DNA from: an uncultured bacterium
Lineage (GTDB): Bacteria > Fidelibacterota > Marinisomatia > Marinisomatales > JABMOV01
Assembly (NCBI GenBank): GCA_964654545.1
Contig: CAZZIU010000004.1
Coordinates: 8,156 to 72,155 of the forward strand
Direction: 5' to 3'
DNA length: 64,000 bases
Shown here: piece after piece, positions 56,427 to 63,567 of the stretch
How the letters are laid out: each line of letters begins with the position of its first letter
How positions within the stretch are numbered: the first letter of the stretch is position 1
Notes under the pieces: generated by a model
What the model was told of the DNA's origin: nothing
Database searches by the model: none
What the model saw: the letters and a program-made list of their open reading frames with translations, nothing else
Translations under genes and position numbers: made by a program

Positions 56427-57532
56427 AAGATTGGCAACACGGATATGAATTAGAATATTTGAAAGAGATTGAAAGTCGGTATTCGCTGTATAACCATCAC
56501 TCGTGTTCTCCTTTTTCTGAAATGAAGAAGAATACAATTGCAAAGGATTTGCACGAAGGAAATCTTTTCATAGAAGAATATGGCATGTATGTAGAAAAGA
56601 CTGCAAAGGTCGAATCTGCAATCAAGATGTTTGATGATGTCGTTATTGGAAAAAAAGAAAAAGGTGACCGAATCATTACGCGATTTAGCTATGAATCCGA
56701 AAGATGGTGTCGCCGTAAACTATCGCAGCTTGAAGGTCCTTGTTGGTTGGAACTTTGGGCAGAAAATTTTGAAGCAAGGAGAATTGCCCAAGAGTGTGAT
56801 TTTGTAGAAGTTGGAACAAAAGTTACGTCTTTCGGCGAACTGTTGGTTTGGCTGTTCAAAGACGCAGACAATCCTTTGTTTGAAAGGCAACATCCTCATG
56901 TGATGCCAGAAGAGTTTTACACGCTGAGAAAAGCTAGATTGTCTGAGATTCCGATTCAGCCTCTTATCGATTCGTTGGATCGTATTGATTTGGATTACAC
57001 AGACCACTATTCAAATTATAACAAGAAGCATTCTTGGTCTGCTCTCTCGTTTCGTGGATATACAAATAATCCTGCATTCATCACTAAACCAGAAGAGATG
57101 AATAAGAAGTGGAAAGAAGAGCATAAGGATGTCGTGTTTGCTATGCAAGACACGCCATTGCGAGAAAAGTTCCCGGAACTTGAACCGGTTATAAATACGT
57201 TACCAGGTGAGAAGCATAGAATACGATTAATGAAACTTGTTCCGGGTGGTGGCGAACTACAAAGACACACCGATCAAGTAGACAAAGATTCTGGAATACG
57301 AAATGGTAAGATTATGCGATTTCATTTTCCATTGATTACTAACCAAAACGTGTCGTTTACAAATTGGCAAACAAATGGAGTGCCTACGCACGCAAACATG
57401 CAAGTTGGCGAGTGTTGGTATATTGATACAAGAAAACCCCATAGTGCTATTAATTCTGGAAACAAAGATAGAATACATCTGGTTGTTGACGTAGAAGCAA
57501 ATGATACTTTGAGGGGACTGATAGGTGATTAG
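56423..57532 (+). CDS. 2OG/Fe(II)-type cupin dioxygenase, aspartyl/asparaginyl beta-hydroxylase-like
   Basis: ATGA overlap with g46. The C-terminal domain LVPGGGELQRHTDQV...MRFHFPLIT...VGECWYIDTRKPHSAINSGNKDRIHLVVDV fits the AspH-family HxD...H...R pattern. The N-terminal 190 aa or so are unassigned. Confidence 0.75.
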   Translation: MKDWQHGYELEYLKEIESRYSLYNHHSCSPFSEMKKNTIAKDLHEGNLFIEEYGMYVEKTAKVESAIKMFDDVVIGKKEKGDRIITRFSYESERWCRRKLSQLEGPCWLELWAENFEARRIAQECDFVEVGTKVTSFGELLVWLFKDADNPLFERQHPHVMPEEFYTLRKARLSEIPIQPLIDSLDRIDLDYTDHYSNYNKKHSWSALSFRGYTNNPAFITKPEEMNKKWKEEHKDVVFAMQDTPLREKFPELEPVINTLPGEKHRIRLMKLVPGGGELQRHTDQVDKDSGIRNGKIMRFHFPLITNQNVSFTNWQTNGVPTHANMQVGECWYIDTRKPHSAINSGNKDRIHLVVDVEANDTLRGLIGD

Positions 57533-57535
57533 ATT

Positions 57536-58318
57536 ATGTTATTTGACGAGGCAGAAACTTATTTGAATAGAATTGGTGATTGGGTTGATCCAAATCCAGA
57601 ACCAATCATTATGGAACACGAAGGCTTTGTTGTTGTTCGTGATGACTTGCTTGGTGCTGGAACAAAAGTTCGTGGTCTTGACTATTTGATCGGTCATGCT
57701 CCAGAATACAAAAACATTAGAGAGTGGGTGTTTGGCTCTTGCCCTGCGACTGGTTATGCTCAGATTAGTCTGCCTACTGTATGCTCGCGTTACGATAAGC
57801 GTGCCGTTCTTTTTATGGCAAAAAGAGATCCAAAGAACTTTCATCCGTATCAAAAACTAGGCATTCGTGCAGGAACAGATTATCGGTGGGTGCCAAATGG
57901 TATGTTGAATGTGACTCAAGCCAGGGCGCGTGAATATGCAGAAGAGTCACCCGAAACGCGAAAAGTTTTACCTCTCGGTCTAGAGCATCCATATGTAACT
58001 GCATGTTTCATTAAGGTTGCACGTTCATTGCCCGAGCCAAAAGAGTTTTGGACTGTTGGTTCAAGTGGTTCATTAAATCGTGCGTTGCAATTAGCATGGC
58101 CAGATGCAGATGCTCATGTTGTTTCTGTCGGGCATAAGATGAAGGAACGCGAAATTGGTCGAGCGAAATATTATCGTTCAGATTTGAAATTTGATAAAGC
58201 AGTATTAGCAAAGGACGAACCACCCTTTCCCTCTGCACCCACTTATGATGCAAAAGCATGGAAGTTTGTGCGCGAACATGCATCACCTGGTGCGTTGTTT
58301 TGGAATGTTGGTGCTTAA
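57536..58318 (+). CDS. PLP-dependent enzyme, ACC deaminase / D-cysteine desulfhydrase family (short, 260 aa)
   Basis: VVRDDLLGAGTKVRGLDYLI aligns with [24 protein letters not shown] of Pseudomonas ACC deaminase, placing the PLP lysine at K44 (nt 57665-57667). EHPY, the VGSSGS loop, and the C-terminal PTYDAKAW / FWNVGA also align. Confidence 0.7.
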   Translation: MLFDEAETYLNRIGDWVDPNPEPIIMEHEGFVVVRDDLLGAGTKVRGLDYLIGHAPEYKNIREWVFGSCPATGYAQISLPTVCSRYDKRAVLFMAKRDPKNFHPYQKLGIRAGTDYRWVPNGMLNVTQARAREYAEESPETRKVLPLGLEHPYVTACFIKVARSLPEPKEFWTVGSSGSLNRALQLAWPDADAHVVSVGHKMKEREIGRAKYYRSDLKFDKAVLAKDEPPFPSAPTYDAKAWKFVREHASPGALFWNVGA

Positions 58319-58326
58319 TATTTATT

Positions 58327-59004
58327 GTGATTTCTGAGACTAAAGAATTCCTATATAGTACAATAAAAGAATATGAACATATTGCATTGTCGTGTTCTTT
58401 TGGTGCGGCTGAAGGCATGGTGATCATAGACTTATTGGATAGTCTTGATATTCATATTCCTATATTTGTGCTTGATACTGGAAGACTACCTCAGGAAACA
58501 CACAATTTGATCGACCGTATACGAGATCGCTATGATGTCAATATCGACATGGTGTTTCCAAATTCAGATGAATTGTTTGATCTGGTTAAGACAAGGGGAC
58601 CAAACTGTTTCTTCGATTCGGTTAGTAATCGCAAGCTCTGCTGTCATGTGAGAAAAGTGGCACCACTAAAAAGGTACATGGAAAATAAAGGATATAAAGC
58701 ATATATATCAGGAGTGCGAAAAGAACACAGCGAAGAAAGATCAAAAGCAGAACGCATCGAAAAACAAGCCGATGGTATGATCAAGATTAATCCACTATGC
58801 GACTGGACATACACTGACGTATGGGAATATGTAAATGCAAATAGCGTTCCAGTGAACAAATTACACACAATGGGATATGAGTCAGTTGGCTGTGCTCCAT
58901 GTTCTCGACCGGGAAAAGGTCGAGACGGTCGTTGGTGGTGGGAAAATTCAAATAAAGAATGTGGCATACATGATTATGGTCACACAGATGGGTCAGGCAT
59001 ATGA
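58327..59004 (+). CDS. cysH: assimilatory sulfonucleotide (APS/PAPS) reductase CysH, Fe-S-cluster type
   Basis: C-terminal KECGIH (58957-58971) matches the CysH ECGLH motif. The CC pair (58639-58644) plus CAPC (58891-58902) form the APS-reductase Fe-S signature. ALSCSFGAEG is the PP-loop-like N-terminus. A GTG 58327 start is inferred, because the track ATG at 58258 overlaps the upstream gene by 61 nt. Confidence 0.85.
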   Translation: MISETKEFLYSTIKEYEHIALSCSFGAAEGMVIIDLLDSLDIHIPIFVLDTGRLPQETHNLIDRIRDRYDVNIDMVFPNSDELFDLVKTRGPNCFFDSVSNRKLCCHVRKVAPLKRYMENKGYKAYISGVRKEHSEERSKAERIEKQADGMIKINPLCDWTYTDVWEYVNANSVPVNKLHTMGYESVGCAPCSRPGKGRDGRWWWENSNKECGIHDYGHTDGSGI

Positions 59005-60596
59005 AGCATTTTTATGAGCGAAACGACTATATACTCAATCATGAAATCAATAAGAATTTTGAAGAGATTTTGTGGATGAATGATACGGAGTTTCGGCAAT
59101 GGGTGATTGACATGCGAAAGGTGATTGCTTATGCTTGGGATGAGCTAGGCATTCCTCCTCGTGTTGGATTCAATGAAGATCAAATCATCGACCAGTTCAA
59201 CAAACTTGATTCTTTTCCTGTTCACGGATTTGTACAGACTGATGAAGTGACTGGTGAAAAAGATGTTATTCGTAACACATCTGTTGTAGGTAATGCTGCC
59301 AATCAGTGGTTTCCTACAATGATGGCAACCAAGATCAATTATAAAAATTCTTCTGACGGGCTCTCGATCTACGATCATTTTGTGCGTGATGATTTGCTCG
59401 AAAAAGTGACTACTTACTCTCGTAGGCACTTCAAACGAGACAGTTTCTATCATTACTCGCTTCCAGTAAAGGCTCGCGATCAAGAAAATTTTGTGTTCTA
59501 TGCTGAGACTGGAGCCGAGTGGATCGATCAATTCGAGAAGAATGAGCGTCAATATGAACGAAGTGATTATTGGCTTTGCCCGAAGAAAGAAGATGCTAAG
59601 TACACAGGTTACAACGAGAAACTAAAGAATCAGACATGGCTTACTCTTACTAAAGATGAAATTGAGAGCATAAATATACCTGAAAAATGTAAAACAAATG
59701 TTGATTATGACAAAAGCGAACTTTATCAGATAAGGTACTTCTCTTATGGACAAAAACTCTTTCCCCTTGGACTCAAGGCCTTCCGAATCTCTTGGTGCCA
59801 ATACGCAGTCAACTTCCCACCGCTCACCGCGAAGTATCTATATGAGACGTATACGGAGAGCTTGGTCCGAGAAAAAACAAAGTCGCACACAGAGAGTGAT
59901 CGCATTGTTATTTATGATCCCAGTAGTGGTTGGGGTGGCCGTATTCTTGGCGCTATGTGCGTTCGCCCTGATCGCACTATTCATTATATCGGCACCGATC
60001 CTAATACTGACCATGTTATTGATGAGCGCAATGGGAGCAATTATACAAAGTATGAAGACCTTGCAACTTTTTATAACGAAAAAACTTATCGAACTCAAGG
60101 ACTATTCCCGAAAGTAAATACATATGAGCTATTTCAAGATGGCTCTGAAGTTATTTCACAGAATGAAAAGTTTCAAGAGTACAAAGGTAAAGTGGATCTG
60201 GTGTTCACTTCACCTCCATACTTTGCGAAAGAGGCGTACTCTCAAGACGAGACACAATCTTATAAAAAGTTTGGTGAGTATGATGAATGGCGAGATGGGT
60301 TTCTCGTTCCTACATTAGAGACGTGTGTTGAATGGTTGGCACATGAACGATATCTTTTGTGGAATATTTCAGATGTTAAGTTTGGTAAAGATATGTTGCC
60401 TCTTGCAGAAGATTCGCAGAAAATTCTTGAGTCTCTAGGTATGAAATTTGTTAAGATATGGAAGATGTCGATGGCACAGATGCCTGGTGCAAACAGACTT
60501 GATCCCGACACAGGACTCCCAATGGCTAAATATTCCTGTAAGGTCAAAGACATTTGGCTGAAATACGAACCTATATTTGTATATTATAAACCATAG
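59001..60596 (+). CDS. DNA methyltransferase, (S/D/N)PPY type (N6-A or N4-C), with about 280-aa unassigned N-terminal half
   Basis: Motif IV DLVFTSPPYF (SPPY at 60210-60221). Motif-I-like IVIYDPSSGWGGRILGA lies about 110 aa upstream and is preceded by NFPPLTAKYLYETY. The start has an ATGA overlap with cysH. Confidence 0.7.
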   Translation: MKHFYERNDYILNHEINKNFEEILWMNDTEFRQWVIDMRKVIAYAWDELGIPPRVGFNEDQIIDQFNKLDSFPVHGFVQTDEVTGEKDVIRNTSVVGNAANQWFPTMMATKINYKNSSDGLSIYDHFVRDDLLEKVTTYSRRHFKRDSFYHYSLPVKARDQENFVFYAETGAEWIDQFEKNERQYERSDYWLCPKKEDAKYTGYNEKLKNQTWLTLTKDEIESINIPEKCKTNVDYDKSELYQIRYFSYGQKLFPLGLKAFRISWCQYAVNFPPLTAKYLYETYTESLVREKTKSHTESDRIVIYDPSSGWGGRILGAMCVRPDRTIHYIGTDPNTDHVIDERNGSNYTKYEDLATFYNEKTYRTQGLFPKVNTYELFQDGSEVISQNEKFQEYKGKVDLVFTSPPYFAKEAYSQDETQSYKKFGEYDEWRDGFLVPTLETCVEWLAHERYLLWNISDVKFGKDMLPLAEDSQKILESLGMKFVKIWKMSMAQMPGANRLDPDTGLPMAKYSCKVKDIWLKYEPIFVYYKP

Positions 60597-60607
60597 GGGG
60601 ATTCTAT

Positions 60608-61342
60608 TTGGGACGTAAAAATAGAAGGATGAAAATGAAGCAAGTCGAGCATCTAAAGTTAGTCGATGCTCAAATCATGGAAACAGACTTCAGAAAAGAA
60701 AGAAAGGTTGAACTCTCAGCAAGAAATCCCAAACAGCAAAGATTAATAAATCTGTTAGAAAATCACAATAAGCATATTACGTTTGCAATAGGACCAGCTG
60801 GTACAGGCAAAACGCTAATCAGCACACTCTACGCAATTCGTAGCCTAAAAAATAAAACAACTCAAAAAATTGTAATAACTCGACCGGCAGTGAGTGTTGA
60901 TGAACAACACGGATTTTTGCCGGGAACATTGGTAGAGAAGATGAGCCCGTGGACAAGACCAATGTTTGACATATTCGAGGAATACTATTCCCCGAGCGAA
61001 ATCGGACAACTAATTAACGAAAATATAATTGAGATTGCTCCTCTTGCGTATATGCGCGGGCGAACATTCAAAAATTCTATAATTATTGCCGATGAGATGC
61101 AAAATGCAACTGATAATCAGATGAAAATGTTATTGACAAGAATAGGAGAAAATAGTAAGATTGTAGTTACTGGTGATCTTGACCAACACGATCGCGGGTA
61201 CGACAATAATGGTTTAAAAATGTTTGTGGATCGTTTACATAAACGTAATAGTAAAATGATTGGAGTAGTAGAATTCTCAAAAACCGAAATTGAACGACAT
61301 CCTGTTGTTGACGAGGTATTGAATCTATACGCTATGATCTAG
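60608..61342 (+). CDS. phoH: PhoH-like ATPase
   Basis: Walker A GPAGTGKT, ITRPAV, LPG, IIIADEMQN and VVTGDLDQ form the canonical PhoH block order. The start is TTG (ATG alternatives at 60629 and 60635). Confidence 0.9.
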   Translation: MGRKNRRMKMKQVEHLKLVDAQIMETDFRKERKVELSARNPKQQRLINLLENHNKHITFAIGPAGTGKTLISTLYAIRSLKNKTTQKIVITRPAVSVDEQHGFLPGTLVEKMSPWTRPMFDIFEEYYSPSEIGQLINENIIEIAPLAYMRGRTFKNSIIIADEMQNATDNQMKMLLTRIGENSKIVVTGDLDQHDRGYDNNGLKMFVDRLHKRNSKMIGVVEFSKTEIERHPVVDEVLNLYAMI

Positions 61343-61365
61343 CATAATAATTACAGGAATTTGTT

Positions 61366-61671
61366 ATGGTAAAAATGATTAAAAATTTGTATACCTTTAT
61401 TGCGAGCAATGTAGAAACATATGGTAGTAATTATATGAACCGATTTATAGTTAGATCAGTTCCAGAATATAAAGAAAGGGAAAATAAGCACGGCCTGGCC
61501 AGCTGGCCAACTATGTGTTCGCATTGTGGTGATTTAATAAATTCTGGTGAAGTGTATGGCGCCGTCGATGATGTGTATCAACACGATTACAGAGACATGC
61601 ATTTTGCTTGTTTGTTGAAAAATATAGAAAACGAAGAAATTAATTTAAATTCTGAACTAAACATATACTAA
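61366..61671 (+). CDS. hypothetical protein (101 aa), Cys/His-containing
   Basis: Contains CSHCGDLINSGE ... HFAC, which may be a small zinc-binding motif. No family recognised. Confidence 0.45.
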   Translation: MVKMIKNLYTFIASNVETYGSNYMNRFIVRSVPEYKERENKHGLASWPTMCSHCGDLINSGEVYGAVDDVYQHDYRDMHFACLLKNIENEEINLNSELNIY

Positions 61672-61674
61672 ATA
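61667..61674 (+). promoter_or_regulatory. possible late-promoter variant ACTAAATA
   Basis: Overlaps the upstream stop and lies 86 nt upstream of the porin ATG. It is the same octamer as at 19362 and 63340. Confidence 0.3.
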
Positions 61675-61760
61675 GAGTCTATCATCAATAAACTAAAGAG
61701 ACATTGTGTTCCATTGTTGGGGCATGGTGTCTTTTTGGTATAGGAGAAAAAGCATAAAAA

Positions 61761-62867
61761 ATGGGTAAATTTATTCGATTATTTGTAAGTGTAATTGTTA
61801 TGACCTTTATGGCTACTGCCGCAACTGCGGACGTACCTGTATGGGAGAACGGAGACCGTTCATTTAGCATTGGTGGTGCTCTGCGTACTAGTGGAGTTGC
61901 CGATTTAGATGATGGTAAGGATTTTGACGTTCTTGTAGATAATGCAAGAATCAATACTTCAGCAAAACTAAACGACTCTATTGATGCCGTAGTAAGCATC
62001 GAAAAGCGAGATGGTGAAGATATAAATCTACTTGATGGTTTTGTCAATGTAAAGGTCGTTGACAAACTTCAGGTTAGAGGTGGTCGCTATAAGGTAGCCA
62101 CCGATCGGAGCAATCTTGTATCACCATTTAATCAACTCGTTTGGAGTCCCGCTTCAGTCGTCAATCGCTACCCAGATACATATGACCGAAGAGCAGAGGG
62201 CATTTCTGCTTGGTCTAATCTTGGTAACCTCGGTGTATCTCCTTCTAACGATGGAGACCTAACACCTAAGTTCAAGTATTATCTTGGTGTGTTTACTGGA
62301 GTTAATAATAGTAACAACCCTATGGTAGCACTTCGAGGATCAGTTGATTTAGCTGATGTTGAGGGTGGTTATGATCTTGCTGGCACTTACTTTGGTCAGA
62401 AGGATATTTTTACACTAGGTGCCTCCTTTGCTAATCAGGAAAATGCATTTGGTGATGGAGACAATTTCACTGCATTTTCGTTTGATGTACTCTTTGAGCG
62501 AGACATCGAAGAGCTAAAGGGTACGCTTACACTTGGCGCATCTTTGAATGATTATGATCTAGATGATGCGTACTATACTGTAGGCAGCGATGTCCGCGAT
62601 GGTCGCGGTTATATGATCGAAGCTGGATATATTCCATCTTCTATTGTAATTGCAAAGGGTACTCCACTTGAGGGTAGAATCCAGCCCAACTTTAGATTTC
62701 AGAATTTTAAGTTCGGTGGAGCACAAAAGGGACGAGAGCAGCAGTTTGATGGTGGCTTAAACTATATCATTTCGCCAACAATTGTGGCAAATGTGAATTA
62801 TAGTCACAACAAGCTGAAAAAAGCTAAGTCTGAGGATATTACATTTGGTATTCGTTATAATTTCTAG
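61761..62867 (+). CDS. outer-membrane beta-barrel porin-like protein (possibly OprO/OprP phosphate-porin-like)
   Basis: Sec signal peptide MGKFIRLFVSVIVMTFMATAATA|DV. There are no other hydrophobic helices, and the sequence has alternating beta-strand patterning. The C-terminal ITFGIRYNF is an OMP beta-signal with a terminal Phe. LLDGFVNVKVVDKLQVRGGRYKVATDRSNLVSP resembles the Porin_O_P conserved block (from memory). Confidence 0.65.
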   Translation: MGKFIRLFVSVIVMTFMATAATADVPVWENGDRSFSIGGALRTSGVADLDDGKDFDVLVDNARINTSAKLNDSIDAVVSIEKRDGEDINLLDGFVNVKVVDKLQVRGGRYKVATDRSNLVSPFNQLVWSPASVVNRYPDTYDRRAEGISAWSNLGNLGVSPSNDGDLTPKFKYYLGVFTGVNNSNNPMVALRGSVDLADVEGGYDLAGTYFGQKDIFTLGASFANQENAFGDGDNFTAFSFDVLFERDIEELKGTLTLGASLNDYDLDDAYYTVGSDVRDGRGYMIEAGYIPSSIVIAKGTPLEGRIQPNFRFQNFKFGGAQKGREQQFDGGLNYIISPTIVANVNYSHNKLKKAKSEDITFGIRYNF

Positions 62868-62906
62868 ATTCGACTATATAATATAACGCTGAACCCCCAA
62901 AGGAAG

Positions 62907-62937
62907 CCCCCAACCTGTAATGGGTTGGGGGTTTTTT
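62907..62937 (+). terminator. intrinsic terminator after porin gene
   Basis: 9-bp stem CCCCCAACC (62907-62915) / GGTTGGGGG (62923-62931), 7-nt loop, then TTTTTT. Confidence 0.85.
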
Positions 62938-62942
62938 GCGTT

Positions 62943-62950
62943 TATAAATA
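62943..62950 (+). promoter_or_regulatory. T4-type late promoter TATAAATA
   Basis: Perfect octamer right after the terminator, 43 nt upstream of ATG 62993. Confidence 0.6.
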
Positions 62951-62992
62951 ATATGCAATCTGTGTAAAATATAACACGAAAGGGGCTTTGCT

Positions 62993-63331
62993 ATGCCAAT
63001 AATTCCCGATAAAGTAGAAGTGACCATTAGCCCCATTCGGGTCATTTCTACAATTCTTACACTAATTGCCTTTGGTATGCTATTCTTCACTGCTGGAGAT
63101 TGGATAGGTAGAGCAGATGCCGCACATGCTATTACTACCGAACACAAAGAAGAGTTGCCGAAGTTGCAACAAAGCTCAAAAGATCATCATGAGACGATCA
63201 GCAAACTGACGGACATTTCTACAAAATTAGCTAATCAGCAAGAGATACTGGTTCGTCAGCAAGAATTGGAAAGAAAAATGTGGGGCGAAGATTATGAAAA
63301 AAAAATCCATGAGATTCTTTCTACTGACTGA
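62993..63331 (+). CDS. single-pass membrane protein with coiled-coil C-terminal domain (112 aa)
   Basis: One hydrophobic helix (VISTILTLIAFGMLFFTAG) followed by a charged helical region (ELPKLQQSSKDHHETISKLTDISTKLANQQEILVRQQELERKMW). It is driven by a late promoter. Confidence 0.5.
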   Translation: MPIIPDKVEVTISPIRVISTILTLIAFGMLFFTAGDWIGRADAAHAITTEHKEELPKLQQSSKDHHETISKLTDISTKLANQQEILVRQQELERKMWGEDYEKKIHEILSTD

Positions 63332-63559
63332 TTATTCGTACTAAATATGGTTGTGCTCTCGGGCACACATCCCAACAGACACCAATTTAGTTTTCCTCAA
63401 AGTGGGGGGAACTCGTGTTGACTTTTTTTGTTTTAGGGGGAAACAATTTCGTGACGGAAATATTAATGGGTTTGATCGGGACATATTTTACAATAACAGT
63501 CATCCAAAAAGAGTATAGAAAGGAAAATGTAAGAAAACAGATCAAAAGAAGAAGATAAT

Positions 63560-63567
63560 TATAAATA
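63560..63567 (+). promoter_or_regulatory. T4-type late promoter TATAAATA
   Basis: Perfect octamer 30 nt upstream of ATG 63597. Confidence 0.55.

Noticed and set aside
58258-58326. ATG 58258 as the cysH start (track call)
   Set aside because: It would overlap the upstream PLP gene by 61 nt and add a Cys/Trp-rich leader (MEVCARTCITWCVVLECWCLIFI) that looks like out-of-frame read-through. GTG 58327, just after the upstream stop, is preferred. This remains unproven.
58327-59004. PAPS-reductase-fold gene interpreted as a DndC-like DNA phosphorothioation enzyme (with the PLP enzyme as a DndA-like sulfur donor and the SMC-like gp46 as DndD-like)
   Set aside because: The protein carries the bona fide CysH C-terminal ECG(L/I)H motif and the APS-reductase cysteine pattern. 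The PLP enzyme is fold-type II (ACCD-like), not a fold-type I cysteine desulfurase. gp46 is the conserved T4 Rad50 homologue. I kept this only as a remote alternative.
61699-61736. Imperfect hairpin (AGACA...TGTCT with inner CCAT/ATGG) followed by TTTTT, considered as a terminator upstream of the porin gene
   Set aside because: The stem is short and interrupted by a 7-nt bulge. It is much weaker than the two clear terminators in the window.
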